DNA of 64,000 nucleotides from Octopus sinensis (taxonomy: Eukaryota), in assembly GCF_006345805.1 (NCBI RefSeq), contig NC_042999.1, forward strand, positions 150,784,001 to 150,848,000. The letters are read 5' to 3'. The position numbers and the translations under genes are program-made. Shown piece after piece: positions 1 to 12,983 of the stretch. The notes under the pieces are model-generated. The model was not told where the DNA came from. It saw nothing but the letters and a program-made list of their open reading frames with translations, and did not search any database. How positions within the stretch are numbered: position 1 is the stretch's first letter; each line of letters starts with the position of its first letter.

Positions 1-482
1 ATCATGGAAAAGAAAAAATAATAAAGGGTTACATTGATATCCTTCAATGGATTTATTGTTAACCAAACTAACTTTCCATAGTGTCTTAAGAAAAGCCAGA
101 TCCATCAATCCTAGATAGTATTTTGTATATTTTTCAAAATTTCATTTATTTGATTTTGTTGGAGTTGTTTACCTTAGCTGGGTCTTTTTTCTTTTTTTTT
201 GGAGATTTTAAATGCCCCATTGTGAAAGTTTTGTTTCCTCGTTCCTTAATAATGACAGTTAATCAAAGTTTCCATCATGCTATATATCTGTTGATGTAAA
301 TTTTTGGATGCCTTTCCTGTTGCCAATCCTCACCTTTTTCCTAATAAGGTAATATTAGGAAATGTCTTTTAAAGATTTTGAAATGAAGGACACTGCTTAC
401 ATAACAGTGTGCCTGTTTACAACCGTTACATGATGGCAAGACAAGGAGACTGTAACACACACACACACACACACACACACAT

Positions 483-747
483 GAATGTAAACACACCAGC
501 ATCGGTTGTCAAGTGATGTTGGGGGACAAACACAGACACACAAATATATATACACACACACACACACACATACATATACACTCATATATATGACGGGCTT
601 CTTTCATTTTCCATCTACCAAATCCACTCACAAGGCTTTGGTCGGCCCGAGGCTTTAGTAGAAGACACTTGCCCAAGTGCCATGCAGTGGGACTGAACCC
701 AGAACAATGTGGTTGGTAAGCAAGCTACTTACCACGCAGCCACTCCT
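483..747 (-). mobile_element. tRNA-derived SINE, family A (most abundant family here; internal CA/TA microsatellite), partial
   Basis: Matches the window consensus (GTGGTAAGTAGCTTGCTT...GGTTCAGTCCCACTG...GGGCAAGTGTCTTCTACT...GAAAGAAGCCCGTC) on the minus strand. Boundaries approximate. Confidence 0.8.
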
Positions 748-762
748 AGATAACATAATTAA

Positions 763-1038
763 CCCATTAGCCTTCAAATTACTCTCTCTAATTTATTGCT
801 TATTTTTTCACATTGTTTTGTATTAATCATGCATTATTTTGTAGCTTTGAGATTTTGTTGATGTGGTTGTCTGTCTACTTTTTGAATGACATTGCAGTGT
901 AGGTGTTAAAAACTGGATCTGGCTGGTTTGAACATAAAACTGCCAGAATATTTAAGCCAGATATCGCTAGTTTAAATATTTGAACATAAATCTGCTAGAA
1001 TATTTAAACCACATATGGCTGGTTTAAATACTAAAGGA
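763..1038. mobile_element. piggyBac-like MITE, family P1
   Basis: TTAA at 759-762 and 1039-1042; imperfect TIRs CCCATTAGC / TACTAAAGGA; interior shared with 5364, 20078, 30017 and 43296 copies. Confidence 0.7.
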
Positions 1039-1441
1039 TTAAATGAAGTATTAGATAGTGTAAAGCAGTTGGGTCAAATTCATTTGGCTTTGCAGGCCAT
1101 ATTGTCTTTTGGGCTAGTCCTTAGAGTGGGAAGGGAGACAGACTTTGTTCAAATGAATGCATACAATTCTAATCCTTCAGCTTCTTCTATTTCTTTTTCT
1201 TGTTTCATTCATTAGACTGTGGTCATGCTGGAGCACTGCATGTCAGCAGACAACCATTGGATATATTTTACATCATATAAGGGTAAGATACACAATTTTT
1301 CTGCTCTTTTCGTGGCTATACTGTATTTGAAATATTATTTTCTTGTCTGTATAATATGGTTCACATTCAATATTTCCAAAAAGACAAAAAGAAAATGTTT
1401 GTTTACATATGTTGTTGCATATATATATATATATATATACA

Positions 1442-1683
1442 CAGTGGGGTGCAAAAGTAGATATACAGTAAGTATCACATCAATGTTATAATAAATTTAT
1501 TAAAATTATTAGCATGTTAAATTAGTTAGCCTCATTTTTGATGTTTTCAGTGTCATTAGTCACAATAGTACATTAATCAAAACTATAATACTTTTGTTGT
1601 AACTTTTAGTTTTTTGATAAAAATAAATGAGTATTGTACATATTTTATTTGTTTCATAACTGTATACCTACTTTTGCACCACC

Positions 1684-1686
<3 letters not shown>
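1442..1686. mobile_element. Tc1/mariner-like MITE in a (TA)n tract
   Basis: 28-bp TIRs CAGTGGGGTGCAAAAGTAGATATACAGT / ACTGTATACCTACTTTTGCACCACCCTG (3 mismatches); (TA)n on both sides; AT-rich non-coding interior. Confidence 0.8.
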
Positions 1687-1736
<50 letters not shown>

Positions 1737-1942
1737 CATCATCATTGTTTAATGTCTGCTGCTTTTTTCACCATTCCATAGCAAAGCCATTGTACTACAC
1801 TTTGACAATTTTTGATATTTTGGCATCTGAAGCAGCTGGAGATACAATAGTTTGACCCAAAGACCTGGCTATTGCAAGTAAAAATAAATATTGGAAAAAC
1901 GCTTTTGGCCAAATTTGGACAAACAACAGTTTAACATAATAG

Positions 1943-2278
<336 letters not shown>

Positions 2279-2485
2279 GTAGTATATATATATATATATA
2301 AATTTAAAATGAGGTTGAGAAATTAGATATTAATTTGATCAACATCGATTTCTCACCAATGGTCTATGTTAATTAAATTATATATATATATGAGTTCAGC
2401 AAAATTTAGATTCAAATGAATATGGTACTTAAGTTAGATACACCAGAATTTTGAATGGTGTTATCCATATAAATCCACGGGGTGA

Positions 2486-2547
2486 TTATAATCAAAATAA
2501 GCAACAAGAATAATTTTGGTTATTCTTGTTGCTTATTTTGATTATAA
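2486..2547. repeat. Perfect 28-bp inverted repeat with 6-nt loop
   Basis: TTATAATCAAAATAAGCAACAAGAATAA (2486-2513) is the exact reverse complement of 2520-2547. Confidence 0.95.
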
Positions 2548-2590
<43 letters not shown>

Positions 2591-3011
2591 CAGACAAATA
2601 AATGAATGTTTGCAAATACCATGTCTTGTTACTGATTGGTTGGTTAACAAACCCTTGCTTATTCAGACTTAGTCATCTGCAGACCCATTATAATATTTTT
2701 GTTTAAACTGCGGTTTTGTTTTTTGCTCAACTTGATACATTGGTCTGGTAAATTGCATCTCTTCCTTTTTTTGTGCATTAATTTTTACTTTTTGTGTTTT
2801 GTTTATTTTTTTCTATTGTTTACATATATATTTTTATCAGATATGTAATAGAACCTTAATATTTAGATGAGGCTTCTGTGAGAAAATGTGTTTAAAGAGG
2901 TGTTTATGTGTGAACTCTGTGTGTGTGTGTGTGGGAGGGTAGGTTGTTTATGCATGTATTTCTGTATTGGGATGTTTATATGCATGTGTGTATCAGTAAT
3001 CAATAGCATCT

Positions 3012-3042
<31 letters not shown>

Positions 3043-3731
3043 CACTGTTATGCCTGTATTTGCATCATCACTATCAACATCTTCATCATCCTGATCACCA
3101 CCACCGCAACCATCGCCATCATTCTCACTGTCATTAGCATTATTGCTCATCATCAGCTTTACTCTTCTCACCACCACCACCTCCACCATCATCATTATTC
3201 CCATCCTTTCCACTTCTACTGAGGACATTAGTTGCTCTGGGAATTCGAATTATGTCCCCCAACTGCTGATAAAGTTTGGTTCCTTTGTTCCCTCCCCACT
3301 ACTCCCTCACCGCCACTCCCTTTAGTGATGCCCACCCGGATTCTGTTACAAATGTTGCATGTGTATGGAGCGTCAGGGGTATTTTTTGACCTTTCTTTCT
3401 CTCTGTAGAGTTTTTACACATGCCCACTAAATGTAGGGAGGTTCACAGAAGTGTGGATTTTTACAGGTTGAGAAAGATTTACCATCATTTGCTGGTGGAG
3501 GAAAATAATGGTCAGCTTGACCTTCAGAATGCAGTATTATTTCAGTATCATGGTGCAGGCATGGCTGTGTAGTTAAGAAGCTCACTTTGCAATCTCATGG
3601 TTTCAAGTTCAGTTCTGCTGCATGGCATCTTGGGCAAGTGTATTTGGCAAATGCTTTGTGGGTGAATTTGGTACATGGCCACTATGCAGAAGATTGTCTC
3701 ATATTTACACATGAGTGTGTGTGTGTGTGTG

Positions 3732-3977
3732 ACCAGTAGTGACCCATGCATACCAGCTTCCCCTCTCCACACCATGAATATTATCCAAAGGAAAGGCAAA
3801 GCTTGATACAACTTGGTGCTTGTGGCATTGCATTTCATTTCTACAGCTGAGTGAACTGGAGCAACATGAAATAAAGTGTTTTGCTCAAGAACACAACATG
3901 CACCCCAGTCCAGGAATTGTACTCACTACCTCGTGATTGTGAGACCGACACTCTAACCACTGAGACATGCACCTTCA
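3732..3977 (-). mobile_element. tRNA-derived SINE, family B, decayed
   Basis: Reverse complement aligns to the intact copy at 17641-17982. Confidence 0.7.
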
Positions 3978-4795
3978 TGAGTAATAATCACACCATTATG
4001 AGCATAGCTTTTGCACCAAAAACCAATATGAGAGTTTCTCTCTTGGAATCTACCACAGTATAATTTGTTCTAACAGAGCATTCACATTTAACTTTGGTAT
4101 TCCTTTAGAACCCACATCTTATAATACAGAATAAGCACCATTTATATCTTCACTTGGATCTTTTCTCTTTGGCTGTCAATTTTCAATCCATTCAAATTAT
4201 TTTCCTATTCAGTGTAATAATGTAGTTTTATATGCTAATCAATGCCATGAAATTCCTTTTTGCCATAAATCAATAGATACAAAGTTATTAGCTTTTAAAA
4301 TTTGCAAATAATAGTTAATTTTAGCCAATCGTAAGCCAAAGACACATTCATACCTGTTTTAATAGTAACAAACCAAACATGAGAACCCTTTTGGCTGTGA
4401 GAGAGCATGTGTTGATGAATATATTCTATGTGAAAGTATGTGCGTCGATGCTGTGTTCTGCTGCTTGTGCTCTGGTCAAGGGATGTGTTAAAAATAACTA
4501 GACCTTAAATCATGCACCTTCAGTTTTTTGGCAGGAGCGGGGTTGCATTATTGTATAAATTCCCAAGTGTAGAATACAAATTAGTAAAAATTTTCTGAAA
4601 ATTCCAAAAAATAAAAAGAAAGTTATGAGGAGTTAAATGTCGTGCATAAAGCAGAAATTGATTTATTTACTGTTTCATATTAAAACCCATCATGTACAAA
4701 ATGACAGCTTCCAAATCTTGTTTTCTGACTGGGTGAAAATTTCCTGGAAAAAGTAAAATATCTCCTGTGATTCAGCTTGGAAAACTAAATTAATA

Positions 4796-4960
4796 CACCC
4801 ACTACACTCTGAGTGGTTGGCGTTAGGAAAGGCATCCAACTGTAGAAACCTTGCCAGATCAGATTGGAGCTTGGTGCAGCCTCCCGGTTTGCAAGTCCTC
4901 AATCAAACCGTCCAACTCATGCCAGCATGGAAAGCAGACGTTAAATGATGATGATAATGA
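4796..4960 (+). mobile_element. RTE-clade LINE 3' end (5'-truncated)
   Basis: GAGTGGTTGGCGTTAGGAAAGGCATCC...GTTAAATGATGATGAT; same 3' UTR as the ORF-bearing RTE fragment at 43416-44200. Confidence 0.8.
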
Positions 4961-5038
4961 CACCAAATTTTAAAATTTTCAATAAACTTTGAAATTTCTA
5001 CAGTTACATTCAAACAGAAAAGATCATTTTGTTTAACT

Positions 5039-5357
5039 CAGTAGTTCTCAACTGGGGTCCATAGAAGATTTTTGGAGATCTGCACAACAAAATTGTAGAT
5101 GCACAATTTTAAGGATCCCTAAAAAAAAATTGCATTAGATGTATTTATTTGTATGTACTGCAAGTAGCCATGAGGTTTCTTTCTCTTACATTTTACATAG
5201 TTCAACCTACACAAGTTAATGTGTGAAAAACAAAATAGGAATTTTGAAAGAAGTTTCTATAAAACTAGTTTTTAGACAGTGAATGGATATGGTGGGAGCC
5301 ACCAGAATGAAATAGTAATCAAAGGGGTCCATTGATAAAAAATGGTTGAGAACCCTG
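5039..5357. mobile_element. hAT-like MITE
   Basis: TIRs CAGTAGTTCTCAAC / GTTGAGAACCCTG; 8-bp flanks GTTTAACT / ACTTAACT (6/8 identical, putative TSD). Related pieces at about 7219-7444, 53160-53240 and 55046-55370. Confidence 0.7.
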
Positions 5358-5363
5358 ACTTAA

Positions 5364-5580
5364 CTCCTTAAACATTAGTATTTAAACTGGTCATATCCAA
5401 CCCAAATTTTTTATCCATTTTATGCTCAAACCAGTCAGATCCAGCCACTTACACCTACCCTAAAATGTCATTCTTAAAATACACAATCAGATCATCAAAA
5501 TCTTGATGCTATGAGACAATGCATGGTTTCTTAAAAACAATGTGAATAAAACAATAAATTTGACAAAATAATCAAAAGGT
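5364..5580. mobile_element. piggyBac-like MITE, family P1 (reverse orientation, decayed)
   Basis: Reverse complement resembles 763-1038 and 30017-30238. Confidence 0.55.
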
Positions 5581-6442
5581 TGACTTGTTCCTTTCCATTC
5601 TTTCAAGGAGCCGCTTTTGCCATCTTTCTTGGTACCTTTATTTTTTATTGGAATTCCATCCACTTTAATTCAATCACCACTCCCATTGCTTTTATACTTG
5701 TGTATGTTTTTGTATTTATGTCTGTGGCTAGTCTTAGATATTTCTGTCATGTTTTTTCCACCACATCACCCCCCCCCCCCACACACACACATACACACAT
5801 TTCCATTTCTATCATCATCATCATCATTACCATTATCATCAGTAGTAGCAGCTTCTTCATCACATTTAGCATCATGATGATGATGATGATGTTATAGTTG
5901 TCATGATCATCCTTTATTTCTTTCAACAAAGCCTCTCCTCCTCTCTTCCCCCTTTCCTTCTTTACCTCTACCCCTTTCTTCCAAGTATTTATTTATTATA
6001 CTTCCTAGGCAGCTTCCTTCCTGGTTGGGGGTCATTTATTTTATCCAAGGGGCTATTATTCTACCCGCCACTCCTTCCTCTAACACATGCTATACCTACT
6101 ATAAGGCCCTTCATCTTCCCCATAGCCCCTTAAACTAAAGGGTAATCATCTTCATGGGATGATATGGAAGAGGGAGCTGTATGCTATCTCCTTAAAAGAT
6201 AACCCAAAGGGTCAAAAGTTAGGTCAAAGTCCCCCCCACCAAATCAGTCAGTATTAAATTAGGGTCTTGTAAATGTAAGTATGGAGATAAAGCTTTTTGG
6301 GGGGAGGACCCCTGCTGTTTGATGTTTATTACTTTGAAAGCTAGAAGAAAAAGGACCCTATCATGTCTTCAACCAGGTCTTTCATTTTCTGGACCCCTTT
6401 TACGCTTTCTTCAGTTAACCAATGTTCTGATCAGAGTGATTT

Positions 6443-6475
<33 letters not shown>

Positions 6476-6705
6476 AAGAAGGATAGAGAGCAAGACAGAC
6501 AGACAGAAAGTGTATGCATGTGAAAGAAAGTGAGATAGAAAGTGTGTGTGTGTGAAAGAGAGAGCGAGAGAGAGAAAGAGTGAGAAGGATAGAGAGCATG
6601 AGATAGACAGAAAGTTTATGTATGTGAGACAAAGAGAGATAGAAAATGTGTGTGGGAGAGAGAGAGAGACAGACAGACAGAAAGTTTGTGTATGTGAGAG
6701 AGCAC

Positions 6706-6875
6706 CACCTTTAGTTGAACCAACTAACCCCAGGACTTATTCTCTGTAAGCATAGTACTTATTCTGGTTTCTTTTGCTGAACTGCTAAGTTATGGGGACG
6801 TAAACATACCAACATCAGTTGTCAAGCGATTGTGAGGAGACAAACACAGACATACTAACATATACATACATACTA

Positions 6876-6906
<31 letters not shown>

Positions 6907-7073
6907 CACAACAGGCTTCTTTCAGTTTCTGTCTACCAAATCCAATCACAAGACTTTGGTCAGCCTGAGGCTATAGTAGAAGACACTTGCACAAGGTGCT
7001 ACACAGTAGGACTGAACCTGAAACCATGTGGTCAGGAAGCAAGCTTCTTACCACACAGCCACACCTGCACCTA
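6706..7073 (-). mobile_element. tRNA-derived SINE, family A
   Basis: Consensus body with internal (TA)n and tRNA-like head at the right end. Confidence 0.8.
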
Positions 7074-7664
7074 TGTTTAATTTGTTTCAGCCTTTGGACT
7101 GCAGCCGTACTAACAGACCACCTTGAAGGATTTAGTCAAATAAATTGACGCCAAGACTTGTTTTACTTAACATCTCTTACTTATTCTTCAGTCTCTGTTC
7201 CCAAAAGCTATGGGATGCGAACCTGTGGTTTTCAACCAGGATTCATATGACCCTTGGGGATCCATATGAGATTTTGCTGTTAAATTTTGTGTGCAATAAA
7301 TTGGTCATGCTTCTACAGTACACAAAATACTTTAATTAAAAAAATATAATGGGATTCTTTAAACATCAAATGGCTATGAGGATCCACCTGAGTAAAATAG
7401 GAACTAAATGGATCCAAGGGCAAAAAACAGTTTGAGAAACACTAATGTAAGCAAGCCAACACCAGTTGTCAAGCTGAGAACAAGCAGAAAGAGAGAGAGA
7501 GAGACACACACACACACATGTGATGGGCTTCCATACAATTTCCAGCTACTAAATTTACTCACAAGGCATTAATTGACTTGGGGATAGAGTACAAGCCCAA
7601 GGTGCCATGCAATGGGACTGAACCCAAAACCATGTAGTTGTAAATCAAGCTTCTTAACCATACT

Positions 7665-7987
7665 GGTACTCTGTCGGTTATGACAACAAGTATTCCAGCT
7701 GATCCAATCAATGGAACAGCCTGCTCATGAAATTAATGTGCATGTGGCTGAGCACTCCACAGACACGTGTACCCTTAATGTAGTTCTCAAGGAGATTCAG
7801 CGTGACCCAGAATGTGACAAGGCTTGATTCTTTGAAATACAGATACAACTCATATTTTCCAGCTGAGTGGAATGGAGCAATGAGAAATAAAGTGTCTTGC
7901 TCAAGAGACACAACATGCTGACAGGAATTGAACTCCTGACCTTACGATTACGAGCTAAATATCCTAACCAATAAGCCATGTATCTTC
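7665..7987 (-). mobile_element. tRNA-derived SINE, family B-related with a different 3' part
   Basis: Head and central TCTCTTGAGCAAGACACTTTATTTC shared with family B; distinct 3' part (GTGGCTGAGCACTCCACAGACACGTG). Confidence 0.6.
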
Positions 7988-8071
7988 ACTTCTTAACCAT
8001 ACACAAATGCCGTAAAGTTTTCCTAATTGCAACATAGATATTTCTTAAACTTCTGCAAGTCTAACTGAAGA

Positions 8072-8192
8072 ATGGATTTTGGATTGGACAATTTCGAAGA
8101 ACAGTGCAGTATTTTAGAATTACTCATCACTTCTTCTTTGACAATACATCGGTGCCAAGATGTCTGGAACTTGCAACAGACATACTGTAAAG
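8072..8192 (+). CDS. Candidate start-codon exon of an unidentified host gene (MDFGLDNFEEQCSILELLITSSLTIHRCQDVWNLQQTYCK...)
   Basis: Unique sequence; ATG in strong context (AGAATGG); AAAG|GTAAC donor at 8192/8193; possible acceptor CTAAT..TAG| at 8037. No recognised homology. Confidence 0.25.
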
Positions 8193-8483
8193 GTAACTGG
8201 ATACTATGGCCAAATCCTTTTATTTGCCACTTTATCTCTTTCATCTCTTTATATCAAATCTAACACATTAATCTTGTTCTTTCCTAACTTTCAACTCCTT
8301 TTAAGAAGTCTAGGAATTTCAATGGCACACACACAGACGTACACACACACACATGCATGCACACATGCGCACACACACACATGCATGCACACATGCGCAC
8401 ACACACACATGCATGCACACATGCGCACACACACTCATCATTGTAACTCATTGATGTTTTTTATTCTTTTATTTGTTTTAATC

Positions 8484-8664
8484 TGTTGATTGTGGCCATG
8501 CTGGAGCATTGCCTTAAGGAGTTTTATTCGAAGAAATTGACCCCAGGACTTATCCTTTGTCAGCCTAGTAATTATTCTATTGGCCTCTTTCGTTGAACTG
8601 CTAAGTACAGGGACATAAACACACCAACATCGGTTGTCAAGTGATAGGGTGGGGGACAAGCACA

Positions 8665-8744
<80 letters not shown>

Positions 8745-8905
8745 ATGGGCTTCTTTCAGTTGCTGTCTATCAAACCCACTCACAAGGCTCTGGTTGGCCC
8801 AAGGCTATAGTAGCAGACACTTGCCCAAGGTGCCACACAGTGGGACTGAACCCTGAACCATATGGTTAGGAAGCAAGCTTCTTACCATACAACCATGCTC
8901 GTGTC
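8484..8905 (-). mobile_element. tRNA-derived SINE, family A, near full length
   Basis: Consensus body with a long internal (CA)n. Confidence 0.8.
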
Positions 8906-10080
8906 TATATATTCATCTGTCTGTCTGCCTGTCTATCTAGCCATCTCCTTTGCCGTCTGTCTGTCTGTCTGCCTCACTCATCTTTTCATCTTTTACTTGT
9001 TTCAGTCATTTGATAGCAGCCATATTGGGGTGCTTAATTGAACAAAACCAATTTTAGTTCAATGTCTTAAGTCTGATGTGTATTCCATCAGTCTTTTTTG
9101 TCAAACTGCAAGGTTATGGAGACATAAAAAAACAACACCAGTTGTCAAGCTATGGATGAACTAGCACAAAAACACATGCACATATGTAATAAAAACATAT
9201 GAATGGATTGCTTTCATCCAACCCATGCTAGTCGTCCAACCCATGCTAGCTTCATCCAACCCATGCTAGCATGGAAAACGGACATTAAACGATGATGATG
9301 ATGATGAGAACATTCATAAGACTACACAGTATGTCATGCAAATCTCAACTCATCGGGCTTATGAAATAAACTATTGAACAGTGACATGTTTTATCAACAG
9401 ATGATTAATAAATAAAATTCCTAATCAGAATTACCAACATTTAAGAAATGTAAGGTTGGAGGAGACTACAATCTGTCAACCCACAAGGGTGGATAGCAGA
9501 AAGAGGTTGTAACTTAAAGAGTAGTTAGAGAGATTTCTATTCAAAGGATGTCATTAAACCTAGCAACCTTGCTCATAAAGGCTGGTAATGGCAAAATATG
9601 ACTGGATCTTTGTCAAACTGTCCAGCTCATGCCAACATGGAACATAGGCATTAAATGATGATGATGATGATATATGTTTATCAACATGTGTGTATTATAA
9701 AGTGATGATTTAAAGTGGTTTGACAATTTAGCATCTATTTTCAGCATATAGGCATGGTCCTCTCTGTGTATTTTATACTATTATAAATCTCTGTATATTA
9801 ATTTACCTAAACAGGTCTATTTTATATGCTGGCCATTGATAAAAATTTTAAATAATTTTATCCTTTATTTTTATATATATATATGATTGACTGCTAGCTC
9901 CAAAGTTTTTTATTCTCTGTCTGTTTATTTCTTCGTGTTCCTTTCTGTTGAAGAGCATAGGCTCAAAACATAAAAGACTTCCTCACTTTCCTGAGCATTA
10001 AATTAATACACCTGTGTGTTGTTTATTTATACACCTGTTTTTGTCTTTTGTTTTTCTGTAAATTTCAACTATATACATAC

Positions 10081-10129
<49 letters not shown>

Positions 10130-10975
10130 TTACCATCATCATCATCCAACGCCAAGCACTCTGAGAGTGTAGTGGGTGCTTTTTACATGCCACCGGCATG
10201 GGAGCCAGTCAGTCAGCACTGGCATCAGCCACGTTTGGATGGTGCTTTTTACATGCTGGACTTCCACACAGCTCCAAATTGACAAATTTGCTTTCAATGC
10301 ATTGTTCTGCCTTGGGTTTTATTAGAGGACAACTGCCCTCAGTGCTGATCTTAAGGACTGAACCTGAAACGACTTAGTTGTAAAACAAGCATCTTAACGA
10401 TGCAGCCATGCCTGCCCCTGAAACATTTTTTAGGAAAAAATTGAACCAGGGAAAACAATATCTGATAATAATGGTGACTGAGTTTTAGTTTACCATTTAC
10501 TTGTGTTAGTCATTAGACTGTGGCCATGCTGGGGCACCACCTTAAAGGGTTTTAGTTGAACAAATCAACCCCAAGACTTGTTTTTATGCCTGGTACCTCT
10601 TCTTTTGGTCTCTTTTGCTGAACTGTTATGTGGATGTAGACAAACCCACACTAATTGTTATCTGATAATGGGAAACACACAAACACACACAGTGGGCTTG
10701 TTTTAATTTCCATCTACCAAATCCATTCACAAGTCTTTGGTTGACCCAAAGACTTAGTAGAAGACACTTGTCCAAGGTGCCATGCAATAAGACTGATCCT
10801 GGAACCATGTAGTTGGGAAGCAACTACACAGCCACACCTCATTTTTTTCTTTCTCTGTCAGATTAGAATCTTCATCCCTATTAGGGATGATAAATTACCA
10901 GTTGTATACTGAGAATAAGTTGCGTCATCTAAGAATGAGATGCGTCATCTAAGAAAATTAACACTGATTTTTATA

Positions 10976-11061
<86 letters not shown>

Positions 11062-11319
11062 AGAGACACATACAGCGTAGTTTTGTGTGTTAATGTTTCT
11101 TCATTTTTGTTTTAGAAAATATCTAAAGTTCAATGACTAAGAAATGTGAAATTAAATTAGTAAAAATAAAATTAGCAGAAATATAAAACCTACAAAGGAA
11201 AATGACTCTTTCCCCTGTAATTTCATAACCAGAAGGGTGGATGTGTGTGGTAGAATCAGTGGGTATTCATCCTTATGTACATATATACTGATATATATAT
11301 ATATATATATATATACTTT

Positions 11320-11514
11320 TATTCTTTTACTTGTTTCAGTCATTTGACTGTGACCATGCTGGAGCACCACCTTTAGTCAAACTAATCAACCCCAGGACTT
11401 ATTTTTTGTAAGCCTAGTACTTATTCTATTGGTCTCTTTTGTCAAATAACTAAGAGATGGGGACATAAACCCACCAACATTAGTTATCAAGCGATGGCGG
11501 GGATACACACACAC

Positions 11515-11573
<59 letters not shown>

Positions 11574-11830
11574 GGTGCAGCCTTCGGGCTCCCCAGACTC
11601 CAGTTGAACTGTCCAACCCATGCTAGCATGGAAAGCGGACGTTAAATGAGGATGATGATGATGATGATATACGATGGGATTCTTTCAGTTTCTGTCTACC
11701 AAATCTACTCACAAGGCTTTGGTTGGCCAAGGCTATAGTAGAAGGGGCACTTGCCCTAGGTGCCATGCAGTGGGACTGAATCCAGAAACATGTGGTTGGT
11801 AAGCAAGCTACTTACCATACAGCCACTCCT
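11320..11830 (-). mobile_element. SINE family A interrupted by an RTE 3' tail (11571-11668, + strand) in its microsatellite
   Basis: SINE halves flank a (GAT)n-tailed RTE end placed right after the internal (TA)n. Confidence 0.75.
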
Positions 11831-12154
11831 GTGCCTCCATGCAGTCACTTTGATAAATTGAGTGAATTCTTTCCTTGGCATAAGCAGTTTTGTGTCAATG
11901 TTAGAAATCTTCATAATCATGATGGTGATGATGATGACCAACATCATCATTGTTACTGAGAAAATGGATTTTTGTCGCTTGTCAGAATTACTCCTGTGCC
12001 TCCATGCAGTCACTTTGATAAATTGAGTGAAATTCTTTCCTTGGCATAAGCATTTTGTGTCAATGTTAGAAATCTTCATAATCATGATGGTGATGATGAT
12101 GACCAACATCATCATTGTTACTGAGAAATGGATTTTTTTAGCTTGTCAGAATTA
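11825..12154. repeat. Tandem duplication, 2 x about 165 bp
   Basis: ACTCCTGTGCCTCC...GTCAGAATTA at 11825-11989 and 11990-12154; differences are mostly 1-nt indels. Confidence 0.9.
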
Positions 12155-12720
12155 ATTCTAACAAATTAGCCATTACTAAATCTGTGGTATTAACTTCATT
12201 TACCCAATCTCATCTAGTATTAAATTACTAATGACAGTATTTAATTGATGAAGCTTAAGAATATGATGGCATTAGAGGTTCCATAGCAACCTTGATGTTA
12301 AAACAAAGACAAGACACCAATTTACTGTTGGCTTTTTCTTGATGGCTTAATGGATATTTTCTGTCTATATCAACTCTATTTCATGTCATATTCTCTTTTA
12401 ACTTCAAGAAATGAAAAATAAGAAGTTTGATGGAATGCTTTTACCTAAACAAATCTTGAATTACTAAAAGTTTAATTCTGTTGTATTGTTGAAGCTCAGG
12501 CAACTGCTTTCCATCTCCATCCCCAATAACTCCATTTTTTTGCCATTGTTCTCATGCTTCTTTCACCCACTCATTCAAGCCTTTCTTATTTCTTTATTGC
12601 CCACAAGGGGCTAAACATAGAGGGGACAAACAAGGACAGACAAACGGATTAAGTCGATTATATCGACCCCAGTGTGTAACTGGTACTTAATTTCTCAACC
12701 CCGAAAGGATGAAAGGCAAA

Positions 12721-12983
12721 GCCACTTCTCCTTCTGCATCAACCCCCTTTAGTTACTTCTGCATTGACCCCCTTTAGCCACTTCTCCTTCTGCATCGACC
12801 CCCTTTAGCCACTTCTCCTTCTGCATCGACCCCCTTTAGCCACTTCTCCTTCTGCATCGACCCCCTTTGGCCACCTCTCCTTCTGCATCGACCCCCTTTG
12901 GCCACCTCTCCTTCTGCATCAGCCCCTTTTAGCCACTTCTTCTACATCAACACCCTTTAGCCACTTTTCCTTCTGCATCAACC
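12721..12983. repeat. 31-bp minisatellite (about 8-9 units)
   Basis: Unit GCCACTTCTCCTTCTGCATCGACCCCCTTTA; starts where a family C SINE (12589-12720) breaks off. Confidence 0.9.
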
